Assembly: GCA_000708835.1 (NCBI GenBank)
Contig: DF237122.1
Location: forward strand, 62,001 to 126,000
From: Klebsormidium nitens
Lineage: Eukaryota; Plantae; Klebsormidiophyceae
Length of the DNA: 64,000 nt
Reading direction: 5' to 3'
A model generated the notes under the pieces. It saw only the letters and a program-made list of their open reading frames with translations. It made no database searches and was not told the origin of the DNA. This document shows positions 21,201-33,253 of the stretch, one piece after another (position 1 is the first letter of the stretch; every line of letters begins with the position of its first letter). A program made the translations under genes and the position numbers.

Positions 21201-22237
21201 AGAAGTGGACCTACAGCACTGTCTGTCAATTCAGCTCATGCGGGTCCGCCTCCATTTCAGCAGCATTCTCCTATTCATTTCTTTGGAAACCTCTTCTGGG
21301 CAATTATGTATGCATTCACGAGCTGAAATCCAACACATTGGAGGATTGCCCTTCAGGGCTGACTTTGAATGACCTACTCAAAAATGACTTGAATTGCTGA
21401 ACATCACAGACCGAGTTTTGCTCTGACACAACCATGCGGCTAATACATTCTTTCTCACCTGTGCTAGAAAAACTCCTAAGAGGCACCCTCCGACGAACCA
21501 GAGCATGGGGGTCACTTGCATTTTCGGCGTCCTGGGTGTGTGAGGACTGCAGGGGAGGATAACAAGATTGTTTCACCCATTCTCGTGATTCTAACCAACC
21601 TTTCTAAGCTTGGTTGGGCGGTTCAGCAAGCATTAGGAGCGAGGACACAGTGCCTTCAAACCTCTTTTTCCTGTGAGGGAATCTTTTTCAGATGCGTTGC
21701 ACCACTGAGAGAAAAAGCCATTCAGATAAGTGGTGTCCTTCACAAGATCTGTGATAGAGGGGAAACAGGAGGCTCCACTTGTCTGAGAAGAGCTGTTAAG
21801 TTGGAAAGAGTTCCTTCTTATATCAAAATGTCAGCGAACACGCTTTGAACTAGAATTGACTGGCAACACACACTCAGAGGTTTACAGGATGTTGACTCAT
21901 CGCGCACTGATCAATGTATGCTGTAATCTTTGAAATGAAGGACAGACCCAATGAAAGCACCACCATTTAGTAAGCAAAATTGAGCCTTTGGAAGACCTAT
22001 CTCGCTTTGTGCACTCACTCCCCATAGGATAAGGTCTCTCCATGAGTTGCTTGATCTACCTTGCAATTCTCGAATCTCGGGGAGTAACTTTCAGCAGAAC
22101 CTGTCTTGCACAGCTGAACAGAAAACATACCTGGACGACTGGCGCTGCCGGCCTCTAAAGAGCAGGAACATGCTAGCAACAACTATCAGCGCAAGTCCGA
22201 GAATTAATGGCTGGTACACCATGTGCGAGCTGTCCAT
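15287..22237 (-). CDS. DUF707 family protein (plant-type, predicted type II membrane protein), multi-exon
   Basis: Exons encode STSDFYLRRLWG, LIFHYDG..W...AIHIVGKRQSKW, WFAKRFLHPDIVEPYDYIFIWDEDLG, GLEISQPGL, FVEIMAPVFSRKAWRCTWYMIQ, NDLIHGWGLDMALQRC, EKIGVVDQEFIKHKSVPSLGNQ and GQSEDGRQPWEGVRERCQHEW, which are DUF707 motifs. The putative first exon MDSSHMVYQPLILGLALIVVASMFLLFRGRQR starts at 22237 (start inferred). Confidence 0.88.
15575..15990 (-). repeat. Tandem array of duplicated acceptor plus exon-start units upstream of the last DUF707 exon
   Basis: On the minus strand, 'ag|gg(t/c)caa..cggaagacgg....c.gtgg' starts at 15610 (functional) and degenerate copies start at 15753, 15862 and 15965, with a partial copy near 15643. 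Confidence 0.85.
16421..16580. repeat. Minisatellite, about 6 copies of a 28-29 bp unit (cgttacgcttttcggcggacgggtcagaa), in a DUF707 intron about 20 nt from the 3' splice site
   Basis: The core cgt(t/a)acgc starts at 16421, 16450, 16479, 16507 and 16564, with a degenerate copy near 16536. Confidence 0.85.
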
Positions 22238-23018
22238 TCAGCTGCTTGCACTGCGGCGCTTCAAGGGCGTCGATCAGGCACACGAACGAGGGCCATGCGA
22301 GGCTCAAATGGGCGAACTCGCTGCTGAAATGTCTACTTCAGCTGCGAGCATTGAAAAGAAGACAGAAGGGACGAGGGAATTGCAGCACCCATGAAGCGTG
22401 ATCTGCTAATCAGCTCCCTGCTTCGCCTAGCTGGCTCGCTTCTGAGCTAGGTAGATCAGCTGTTCATTGGCTTCTCATTGTCAACAATTGACGTGCATGA
22501 CATTCACACTGACATCAACAGAGCTACCTAGCTCGCTGCTTAGCTGCCCTGCCAAAACGGTTGGACAATGGCGCCGCCCCCGAGTTTCACGGTTGACCCC
22601 TCCTCACTTCAACAACGTCCGTAACCCTAATGTTGGTTCCAGAAACCTTGAAGCCAGCATCAGGCGGGTGGCTTGTAAATCCAGCCGTCAAACCCAGCTT
22701 CCACTAACCCAGTGGAAACCTTGAAGTTTCAGGTACCTAGGTGAAGTCGCCCTGCTTGCTCGGACATTTCCAAGGCTCGAGCTGGCTAGGGTGGGTCAAG
22801 GATTGTCCACCTTTTAGGACAGGTGCAGCCTGTAGGGAAGGTTGAACACAGGGGCGGAGGGCAGCGGTGGTTCCTTCTGACATCACAAGAGGCGTATTAA
22901 ATCGATTAGGTTGGATTAGCTATCATCACAGACGAGCCTCGAGGGTGCCCAACAAACGCAGTGTCGTAGTGGGAGGATTGGGGCGCTCTGCGACGTTGGA
23001 CGATCTGCTTGGGCACAC

Positions 23019-26000
23019 ATGCAGATAGACTCCGACAACTCTCGAGGGGGCCGCGGGCCCGTCTGGCGTGGAGGGGGGCGCTCCGCCGGTCGCAGCGGGG
23101 GCAGGAGCGGGGGTGGCACCGCAAATGTCCCCTGCCGGTTCTTTCTGGAAGGGAAATGCGAGCGGGGGGACGCCTGCAATTTCTCGCACAACGTCGACCC
23201 AGGAGCAGTGGCCAATGGACGGAAACGAATCTCGGAACGGGGGCCGGCGGCGCACGACCCGCGGCCCGGGGCGTCATTTGGCGGCGGTAGAAATGGGTTG
23301 GGGCCGAGTGGCAGCGCCTTTGATCGGTTAGGTGGTCAAAGTGGTCAAAGCCCGTTTGATCGCCTAGGGGGAGGCGCTCCGCAGGCGCCGCCGGCGGCGG
23401 GGTCTGGGTACGGTGCTTATGGAGGGGGGGGGATGCAAAACGGGGGGCAAGGGGGCAGGGGCCAGCAGGCGCGGTTTGGGCGGCGAGGGGGGGGTGCCGG
23501 GAGGAGTGGGCCGCAGCAGCAGAAGCGGGGGGTGTGCCGGTATTGGCTGGGCGGGTCGTGTAGAAACGGGGCGAATTGCAACTTTTTGCACGTGCACGCG
23601 ACAGCGCCGGACGTGGACCTTATGACAGAGCTGAAAGGGCACGAAAAGGCGAGGTTATTGGCCAACTTAGTGTGATGAAGGATTGAAATCTATCAAAGAA
23701 GAGGGGTTCCATCAGGTTTGGGTGTATGGCGCAAAGTGGGTGGTTTGTTCAATTGGTGGTAATGGTGGCACCTTGGATTTTGAACTTGCAATCTGGAAGT
23801 TAGACCTGTGGTAGTGACGGCTGTACACGAACTGTGGCGCGCCGGTTGATCGTCTCTCGTGCTGTCAGATTCATATCCGAAATATATTCTGCAATAGTGT
23901 TTGAGAAGAATTGATTCTTGTTTCCGCATATGGGTGCCTTGCTGGGTGACACGTAGACAAGAAAGCCTTTGCTGGCCAGTGGAACCCTAATTTGGCTTCG
24001 CTAGTTTCTTGCACCTACAGTTTTAGTGATGGTGTTGTTCCTATTGCAATTGTCATGAAGCAGACCCAATTGATGCACCACTCGTAGTATCAGATTTATT
24101 AGATTGTCAAAAGGTTTCACGGTGAATCGTGCATCTGGAATCGGCGCTTTCTGAAACTTTTTCCAACCTTCTACCCGAGCACTCCAGAATCAAGCATCAT
24201 CTGCATGGTCCTGTCATCCAATGCTGCCACTTTTGTGCCCATTCTGAAAGTAATTCGCTCAGCACTCCTCGTCCTTAGTTGCTAAGAGAAGCCATTCCCA
24301 GACTCTGTGTATGTAATACTGACAATCCTTGTTTGCTGCATCGATGCAGGCGGTTCGGGCCATTGCCTTGCCTGCGGGTTCAAGCGAATTGTATACCGGG
24401 AGTCAAGATCAGTCTATACGTGTATGGGACTGTGAAACTGGGCAGGTGCGGATCCCTCTTCTTCTATCAGTTGTTTTGACGAAGCAGCTCGAAGATTTTA
24501 GCTGGGTCCCTGATCAAGTGCAAATTTGTACCATTATGAGGGTCCTGTGCTGATGCTCATCGGAGGAAGTTTGCTTTATTTTTCAAATTGATGTGGCGGG
24601 CTAGATCGGTAGCTCCGTATGAGTGTTACGAGCAGTATCATATCTGTTTACCGTTGTTTTGATTGCACTTTAGGGATAAGTGCGGCGATTAGTCAGCAAA
24701 TTTGCACGATTTGCAAATTACCGTTGTTTCGAATGCTTTTCTAGAGATTAGTGCTGCGATTAGTCAGCAATGATTTGCAAGTGACATGCCTAGTCACACT
24801 TTCTATTGCACATTCTGAGTTTCTTGCCGTCCTTGCTTGTGGACAGTGTAAAAGCGTCGTGCCGATGGGTGGGGATGTGGGGGCCCTGCTGACAGAGGCC
24901 GGGTTCTTGTTTGTGGGTTTACCAAATGAAATTAAGGTGAGTTCTCGCGTTTACGGGACGAAAAGAAGGTGAAGAGTTGGCAGTCTGGTTTATTGACTAG
25001 CGCTGATCCGTTTACACCCATGACAGAGGCAGGACCAGAAGTGGGTCAGATTCATGGGTCAGCATGTCTTCTTTGCTAGGAAGTAATGCGCTTTCGGTTC
25101 AGAACAACTCTACTAGAGCGGAATGCATCGAAGATTTAGCCTGAAGCCCCAGTCATAGTCACGTGACTCTGTTGGCTCGCACAATATATGTATGCTCTGT
25201 CGGACTCCATTGTTCACTACATCCTTTTGCCATTCTTTGGTCCCTGAATCGGATCCTGCCTGTCCTGATTCGGACCTGGACATGCGACTTAGTCCTTGTT
25301 TGCTATCCCAAGCTTGCTCGAGAACTGCCATTCTGGTTTATTAAAATGCAAGTTCTCACCGTCGTCAGTCTTTCGTCAAACTGAGTCTGTCTGTGCCCGC
25401 AGGTCTGGAACATGCAGAGCGCCCCTCCAGCCCAACACAGCCTCCCGGGTCACGTGGGTCAGGTCCATTCGCTTGCGGTCGGAAACAACATGCTCTTCAG
25501 TGGAGCCCAGGTGCGTCTTTGAACGAACTTTTCGAAGATTGCTGTTCACAAAAGTCGTCCTTGGGCGGCGAACGGTTCCTCTGATTAGCTTACATTAAAG
25601 AAGGCAGTTTCGTTGAGACGCAAGCGATCGGAGGCGATCTTCAGGCTGGCCTTACGTTCGGAATCGATCTGGTCCGACCCTAAGAGTTGAGGAGGGGTTG
25701 CGGGCCTCGACATGCCGAAGCTTTCCGTGGAAGGGCTGTCTTCGGGACCTTCAGTCGCTTTCGTAACGTGCTACTGTTCTTTACATATCGGAACTTGGAT
25801 CGGTCTCTCAATACTTTCTTTTGGGCTATGCTCCTCGACGTTTGTAAGCATGATTTACGGCGTCAAGAGTATTCTCTCCGTTTCTTAGTCCCTATGGTTC
25901 CTTCTTATGCTCGATGAGGTTGGAAGAGGGTGTTGTTGGCATTCGAAGAAGGATAAGTAGTTTCCTTTTGTCATATGTCTCTGTACATCGAAGAGGGTTA

Positions 26001-27810
26001 GCGAGGGAGACGACTCATCTTTTCCGATTGTGGTACGCTTTTCCACATGGATGCGACCACATCCAGACCACATCAATGAAGGTGGCGCTTTCACAGCTTC
26101 CACGCCAATCAATCAACTCAATACCTCTCTTCCAGGAGGTGACTTCGACTTATGGGCTGTTTGGCACGTTGGAACCATTGCTCCGCCCACGCTTTTTCCG
26201 CACACTCCATGATGAAGTACAAAGCTTGAGAAAGTGACCCAGTGTTTTCTTCTCGTTTCAGGATGGCACAATACGCTGCTGGGTTCTCAACACTACCTCC
26301 CAAAACTTCGAGCACGTGGGCACACTCTCGGGCCACACCGCCCCCGTCGTCACGCTTCAATGCGCCGCCAATAAGCTATACTCGGGGTCCATGGATAAGA
26401 GCATCCGCGTATGGGATCTCACGGCGAACGGCGCGTGCATACAAACGCTAACCGCGCACGAAAACGTGGTCATGAGCCTCCTCTGCTGGGACCAGTATTT
26501 GATAAGCTGTTCCCTGGATAACACGATCCGGGTTTGGGGGCTTAACCCGGCGGGTCAACTGGAGAACACGTACACGTACCCGGAGGTCGAGGCGGGGGCT
26601 GTGCGGGCGGCGCAAACGCCACAAGATGTAAGATGCTTTCCCTTTTTACATTATGGAAACCGTTGCTTCTCTGAGAAAGGGGGAATCAACTTAGATGTTG
26701 CAGCATACAAGTTGCTTATGCTTGTGATTTGGAGCCTTGTTCTGTGACGTTCATCGAGTCGCCTCGTCTTCAAACACGTTCTCCGAACCATCAGCAGCGC
26801 AACTCTTCGATCAACAAATGTTACGAAAATGACGTCATATGCTTCTACCAGCCCTGTTGTTGTCAGGTCGACCGTCATGGCCGTTTGGTTCCAAATGAAT
26901 GGTGAAATCATTGTTACTGTTCTGTGTCGATCGTCGTCTGTTTACTCTCGAGCCTGAGCCGCGCAATCTAGTCACCTGTGATAGATGCCTTTCCAACCCC
27001 GTCCGTCCAACCCGTAGTTCAAGCGGGGCGCTCGCCACATCCGGGGGTGTGGGACTCCCCCTTGGAACCCTCTATTGCCGAGTGACTCGCCTTAACTCTC
27101 CGTGTATGCCATCTAAACCGTTCCTGAGGTACTGAGGCTATGAATTGTCGCTTCACTGCAGGCCGGCAGCGCGCCGTCGCTTCGCTGACGTTTATGCCCG
27201 GGTAGTCTGCTCAGCAAGTGATGCCGCTTTTGACTGACTATATTGCGCTCTTACAGGGAGCTTTGGCCCTCTGCGGTTCGTTGGACGAGGCGGGGAAGCC
27301 TATTTTGGTGTGCGCGTACAACGACAATTCGGTCCGACTCTACGACCTGCCCACGTAAGTCTCTTCGTTAAAAAGTTGCGTGTTCGTTTTCCCGAACCTT
27401 ATATTCGCCCGGTTTCTCAGTTGGTGACTGGCCACTGCGGCTAAGTTTACGATCTCGCTGGGAACGGACTCAATGTTGAGGCGAATAAAAGTCGGATAGA
27501 AAATACTGAGAAGATGTACAGTCCGTGAATGGTTGAATCTTGACATTATTGTCGAACCACAGTTTGCGGCTCCTGAGACCGCCTCCGCCGCTGTATGTGG
27601 GACAGGTGTCATCCTGAGATGCACACATCATAGAATTGCAGTATGCAAAGTAGCTCGTCCTGCCTCCTTTGCAGGTTTCAAGAACGGGGCATCCTCTACT
27701 CGAGTCGAGAAGTCAGGACTCTGTTAGCCGGGCCGAGCGGGTTGCTCTTTACAGGGGATAGTGCGGGGCTGGTGAAAGTCTGGACTTGGAAGAAGGCTGC
27801 ACCCAGTTGA
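23019..27810 (+). CDS. CCCH zinc-finger plus WD40-repeat protein (ZFWD/C3H48-like)
   Basis: Two CCCH fingers (CRFFLEGKCERGDACNFSH; CRYWLGGSCRNGANCNFLH) flank an RGG/Gly-rich linker. WD40 exons follow: GHEK|AVRAIALP..LYTGSQDQSIRVWD, VWNMQ..GHVGQVHSL, GHTAPVVTL..LYSGSMDKSIRVWD, AHENVVMSLLCWDQYLISCSLDNTIRVW, LFTGDSAGLVKVW. Stop TGA at 27808-27810. Confidence 0.92.
24648..24780 (+). repeat. Degenerate tandem duplication of about 65-70 bp in ZFWD intron 2, about 65 nt upstream of the acceptor
   Basis: 'ttaccgttgttt...gcgattagtcagcaa...gatttgcaa' occurs at 24648-24717 and 24718-24780. Confidence 0.75.
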
Positions 27811-28945
27811 TTATTTTGAAAGCTACTTAGTGGAAATAGCGACACTGACTATAGTGTTCTGTCATTCCGGAATTGAAAGGTCCGATCCGCCTGTGAACGT
27901 GTTGCTCATTCACACGCTCATCCGACACCTCATTTGTGCAATTGCATCTTTTCAAATTGGTCGATGATCGAAGGCACCCCATCGGCCAGTGAGCACACTC
28001 CATCTGCTCATTGCGCCGGATCATAGAGAGATGCGGGAACCCCGCAACTCGCCCGACCATGCCTTTCTGCATGGCTGGCTGGCCGGGCCGGCATATATGA
28101 AACCATGGCCGGAAACCCTCTAAACACCAAGCATGGGGTCGTGTGACCCAGGGACTGCAGCAGCATATTCTGACATGCCTCTCTGATATCCGGCCGTAGC
28201 TTACTAGCTAGTGTCGGTGCAAGCACAGCTGATCATGTTTTGTAGGGGTCTGCTTCTTAGGTTTCTGGACATGACATGCAGCTGCAGCATGCAAACTTTA
28301 TTCCCGGCCCGTTTGCTGGAGACCGTGCTCCATGGCCATATGGCGGCCAAGGGGTTAATAAACCAGAAGTTACCATCATGCTGCAATTCGTCCATTGGCC
28401 GCATGCAAGGGCCCCCGGGGAGCTCATGAGCAGGGACTATCGTCAAACTTGAAAGCATGAGCGCGTGATCATTTGAATATGTCAGTATATCGTATGTCAG
28501 TACTACAAGCGCATGCGCGAAAGGCCTGCAACATATACGTGCACTACGCTTCCTTAGTCGAGTCCAATGCAGGTTCAACCTAACGGAAGTTAATACAGCT
28601 GGATTGTCCGCCAGGATTCTCATTTATCATACATGCAATCATAAACAGGCTCGCAACCGAGTATCTCTTTCACAACATGGATCTGTGACTCACTGTACTG
28701 AAAGCACTGGTCGTTGGGATCCAATCGTTGGGATCAGACGCCACATTAATGTGCGAGATGTGACATATTGCAGAATTTTGGAAAATCGAATAGCGAAAGG
28801 CCCCCTACTGCAAGGTACTAGACACGGCCAGGAAATCTGTCGTATGGAGTCTACGGTTTGCATCTCCACCTTATTTACAGTTACAAGGACACTGCAAGGC
28901 TGCCAATACTTTTAGATCGACCCAAATGTTACCCGGTGCACTGCT

Positions 28946-30178
28946 TTAGTAGCCCACGTCCCTCCTGTCCGTGAAGAAACGGCCCGACGGCCCATCCGGT
29001 GGCTGGAGCGCCAGCCACACGGGCGTGTCTGCGCCCTCATCTATCGTTTTGTATCCTCTGTGTGATGACATGTCGGTGTTCACATACCCTGGACAGCACA
29101 CGTTCACGAGCACCTTGCCATCATCCCCCCGTTTTGCTAGATCCCGCGCCAGGATGCGGTTGAATGCGGCCACTCCGACCTTGGACACACCGTACATGCT
29201 CGCCGGCCAGCCGTTCTGCTTGTAAGTACCGGCTTCAATCTGGTTGGGAAACTCGTTCATGAGCTGGTCTAGTTGCTCCAATGTGAGCTCAGGATCTGAG
29301 AACTTGCGCTGCAGTTCCGGTGACAAGATGCTCAGCGTGCCAGCCCGAGACCCGACAGTCACGACGCGAGCGCCCGCAGAGCTCTTCTTTAGTAACGGCA
29401 GAAGTTCCTGCGTGACATTGCGCGTCCCAAAGTAGTTGATGGCGTTTGTCTGCCGCGCCTCGTTAGCCCCAAACGTGTTGCCCTTGAATGCGAACCCCGC
29501 GTTGTTGACCAGGATATCCAGACCCCCGTGCTCCTTCTCAAGCCACTTTGCAAACGACTTGACCGAGTCCTTGTCACTGATGTCCAGTTGGTGGAACTCC
29601 ACATCCACTCCTTCCTCCTTGAGTTGCTTTTGAGCCGCAGCACCGAGCTCCGGGTTGCGCGCTGTCAGAATTGTGGTCACGCCCTCCTTCCCTAGCTTTT
29701 TTGCTATTGCAAAGCCGATGCCTTTGTTTGCCCCAGTCACCACGGCCGTCGCGTGCTTCTTCCAATCCTCCATCTCGGCTGAGGTAGCGTAGCTAGGCTG
29801 CCGCCCTGTTACGCGGTTGACCAACGTCCTGCCAAAACTCCCAGCGAACTGGCCAATCAGGTGAAGGTTGCTCGACATGCCAGGTCCAATCTGCGCTGGT
29901 CCTACTGAATCCCGCAAGTCTACACTGACACCACCGATACAAAGTCCAGCGGTCTGCTGAGTTCCTTGTGCTCTGGGGCGCCTAATCAGCAGCAATCCTG
30001 CAGAACAATGTAAATGCTTTGATTGCGCGCTCTTAACTACCACGGTGAAGGGGTCTGCATGTAGGCGTGTGAGCTTGTTGGAAAGCAAAACATTAGCAAC
30101 TTCCGCCCCCGAGGATATTTGCAGCTGCTGATGATGCGTGCAAAGGCTGACACGAGGAACTGCAAGTGAGGCAGCCAT
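28946..30178 (-). CDS. NADPH-dependent carbonyl reductase (CBR1-like short-chain dehydrogenase/reductase) with a possible N-terminal targeting extension
   Basis: Motifs VVTGANKGIG, FHQLDI, DILVNNAG, NYFGT, YGVSK (YxxxK) and CCPGYVNTDM lie in one uninterrupted frame. In-frame ATGs occur at 30178, 29878 and the MEDWKK start; the true start is uncertain. Confidence 0.9.
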   Translation of the reverse strand: MAASLAVPRVSLCTHHQQLQISSGAEVANVLLSNKLTRLHADPFTVVVKSAQSKHLHCSAGLLLIRRPRAQGTQQTAGLCIGGVSVDLRDSVGPAQIGPGMSSNLHLIGQFAGSFGRTLVNRVTGRQPSYATSAEMEDWKKHATAVVTGANKGIGFAIAKKLGKEGVTTILTARNPELGAAAQKQLKEEGVDVEFHQLDISDKDSVKSFAKWLEKEHGGLDILVNNAGFAFKGNTFGANEARQTNAINYFGTRNVTQELLPLLKKSSAGARVVTVGSRAGTLSILSPELQRKFSDPELTLEQLDQLMNEFPNQIEAGTYKQNGWPASMYGVSKVGVAAFNRILARDLAKRGDDGKVLVNVCCPGYVNTDMSSHRGYKTIDEGADTPVWLALQPPDGPSGRFFTDRRDVGY

Positions 30179-30259
30179 GAAAGAGCTGAGCAAAGAACGT
30201 TCAAAGAACGTTCCTTGCAGAATCTGCAGTGCAGAGTTCAGCATTCGAAGGGGGCTTTC

Positions 30260-30267
30260 AAACCCTA
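30260..30267 (+). promoter_or_regulatory. Telo-box-like motif AAACCCTA at the 5' end of the carbonyl reductase / divergent promoter
   Basis: Exact match. Similar TAGGGTTT motifs lie at 33329-33336, 47038-47045 and 57286-57293, all near inferred gene 5' regions. Confidence 0.4.
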
Positions 30268-31590
30268 GTGGTCAAGCGTAAACCCTCCTTAACCCCAAGG
30301 TTTCAAGGTTGATTCTCCCTCGGCTGTCCACGTCGACAAAAGCGCGGGCTGAAGCACTTTTTGCACACCGTGGCAGCCGCTGTCCACCGTGGCAGATTCT
30401 GCGCACTTTTTCATGGCTGGTGCGCGGCCGGTTGCTTCAGACCGGGAGGTTGAGCCGCCGTGCGTGTGTCAGGCAGATACGAATTCCTCTGGACGGAAGA
30501 GCAGCGGCGAGGCACATTTTGGCAGCTCTGACGTTCGATGCCGTAGAGGACTGTGGAGGGAAGGAGGAAAGCGCGTGGACTCACGGGGATGACTGCCTTG
30601 AAGCAACAGCAGAGACAATTTTATATAATCCGACTTTGACCACAAGTACCCTGGTTTCTGAGGACCATAATTCTGCCCTGCAAATGCTTCAAAAGCGGTT
30701 TGGGTACTTTGGGGACAAGCGCACAATTAATGCGCTGACTTTTTGTGGATTTTGACCGCTCACTTTCTGGTCAGCATGGCGCCGTGTTGACTCAAGAGGG
30801 CCACGTCGTTCCCTGAGCCCTCTGCAGAATGACTTTTCATGAGTCGGAAAATGGCGGCGGAGAAATTGTGTTGCTGAAATCGCAGCTTGGTAGGGCAGAT
30901 TGCGAACTGCGCTGGTCAGTCTTTAGACGGCTGGCATTCATTTGCAGCACGTGAATTGATCTTCTGTGGCCAGGTTTCTTGCAGCAAGTGTGTTGGAGGG
31001 AGTTTCAGATTTCAAAAGGCCTGTTCAGAAGGACATATCACAAGTTTAGAGTTGAATTTATCTGCGCCCGAGCCGCTCTTGAAGACAACACGTAGACAGA
31101 GGGTTATTGCATGTTGTTAGTTGTTATTTTGAGCTCTGGAAGCAGTTGGGAAGCATCATGGCTTCCCGGGCCGCGCTCATGGCCCAGGTTGCCCCCACAA
31201 CTTCTTACCTTGGGCGGTCGCAGAGCGGGAGCTTCACAAGCACCAGCAGTGCCAGCTCTGACAGCATGTAAGTTCGTTCTCCACTTTGGGATACTTGCTG
31301 GACAATTCTATGTTGTTTGTGAGTCCTCGGCCGCGTTTTTACATGCCCTGATCGACAGCTTTCCTCTGATCTTTTTGAATAGTATGTGGGCACTATCATA
31401 ATTTCTCCTTCTCTGTCCTTGCCAATCAGTCCCTTTCCATTTGCTAATTAGTTCCTGGGCTTCTGTGTTTCAAACTTCTAGGTCAAGGGCTGCTATTGTC
31501 GATTGGAACAGATCATGCTATGTATCAATCTCCCTTCCTTTCTTGAAAGGAACTAAAAGGAAGGAAGGCAAAAGGGTGTGCATGTTCTAA

Positions 31591-32622
31591 ATGCGTCCCC
31601 CCTTGGATTGCAGGCCCCCTCTCCGGAAGCACGACTCGCTGCGGTCAAGCTTTTCTGGCCGGAAGCTGCCCCCTTCTCTGAGCTTAGACAGCATTCAGCG
31701 CTCTCCTCTGGACACAGCTCGGCGAAGGTCCGGCGTACATGCATCTGCTGTTTTGTCCCACTACAGCAAGCCTGAAGCCAGCTTCCCCTCCACATTTGTT
31801 TCCGACACAGCGTCCGTTCCGTCGCCCAGATTTGACAAGTGGCTTACGCAAGCGGCAGGAGAGGTGAGCATTCTGGTGCATCTTGCAGACCCTTGTTCAT
31901 TGTTTCCAGGGAGAGAGGATGGGGCCAAAATAGAGTCCACATAGAAGACATGTGATCTTTGCTGCCAACTTCGTTAGTCACAGTGGTTGATCATGTGTTT
32001 GGCGCTGTCTGGTCCATGATGTTACTTTACAGGAGCGCTGCAGGAGGAGAAAGAAACCGGGGACTGAGGTTTGTTCTCCTCAGAGGCAGACAAGTCTTTC
32101 GGTTTCACGCTGCAGATCTGATTTGGCCAGATTATGACATCCGTTTGGCTTTTTGTGCAGATCGTGAGGCACTTAGAAGAGGCGCCCTTTTTGCACTACG
32201 TCTTTGACGGGAAGTCAAAGGAGGGGGGCCCTCAGTTCCACCATGTTTCTGAGGGGGTCGCATCCACTTCAGGGGGATGGGACGAGATCCAATCGCAGGT
32301 ACAAGCGGTGTCGCCTGACGGAGTTATCCTAGTTCAGAGATTAGGAGTAGAAGCAGCAGCTGGTTGCTATGGAGAGGAGTATGCGGAGACTAGTGAGAAC
32401 TGCGCAAAGCTGGAGGGGTGTCCGTATGCCACGGGGCCCAGGACGGACGTGTGGGGGCTTGTGGTGCAAGGAAGGCGGAATGCGAAGCATGCGTGTTACA
32501 TTCTGAAGACGACGCGGGCGGTGGGTTGCAGCCATGCGTGCACGCGGTTCAGCTTGACACGAGCAAAGTGTTTCGGACCGTCGCTGCATAAGCAGCTGGA
32601 GAACTCGTGGCTAGCAAGCTGA
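31591..32622 (+). CDS. Plant-lineage uncharacterised protein (DUF7804-like), exons 31591-31863 and 32161-32622
   Basis: The phase-0 GT-AG intron joins FDKWLTQAAGE|IVRHLEEAPFL...WGLVVQGR...CYILKTTR...GC...CTRFSL.R.KCFG..L..QLENSWL, a pattern I recall from plant proteins of unknown function. The N-terminus is Ser/Arg-rich and transit-peptide-like. Confidence 0.75.
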
Positions 32623-32989
32623 GGGTTGGGACAACCGAAGGTTTAGTCTGTACATCTTGACTAGGACTGCAGGAGTTTGCCATCAACCATTCTTTGAGAT
32701 CAAACGCAAAGTTGTTAAAAGATCGTGGAGAGCATGCAGCCACATGGCCAGAGGTTTAGGAGAGGAAGTTCGTATTGTGCCAACAAGTTAGCTCGTCGTT
32801 AGATCAAAACCGAGAAATCCAGCCAATCAGATTTGTTTGTAAAGAGTGGAGACTTTTGCTTAATGTAGTTCGGCTTTTGGATCAAATCAGGAGTCCTTTG
32901 CTCATCATACGTGGATCTCAATCACTTAAACCACCATTTCATGGCCCATGACTCATTGAACCAGTGCTGCTTGATGACTTGATTTTGAA

Positions 32990-33043
32990 GTATGATGACA
33001 TGGATTTCAAGTGGCTGTATGATGACATGGATTTCAAGTGGCT
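32990..33043. repeat. Perfect 27-bp tandem duplication
   Basis: gtatgatgacatggatttcaagtggct occurs twice back to back. Confidence 0.95.
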
Positions 33044-33214
33044 GACGATAGAATCCCTACATATTGCATCCGATGAACAATTGTTTGTGAGTCTGCAAAT
33101 TGCATCGCTAATGAAACAAGTTGCGTTTAGCTGCACATATAAGGCAATGGCAATTATTTAGGACCGTAGCTAGCTTCTGGACCATTTTGCCCTTGCGCCA
33201 TGCAGGTGTTGCAC

Positions 33215-33253
33215 TAAATTATCACACACATTCCGAGTGTGTGTGATAATTTA
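33215..33253. repeat. Perfect 16-bp inverted repeat with a 7-nt loop (hairpin)
   Basis: taaattatcacacaca-ttccgag-tgtgtgtgataattta. Confidence 0.95.
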
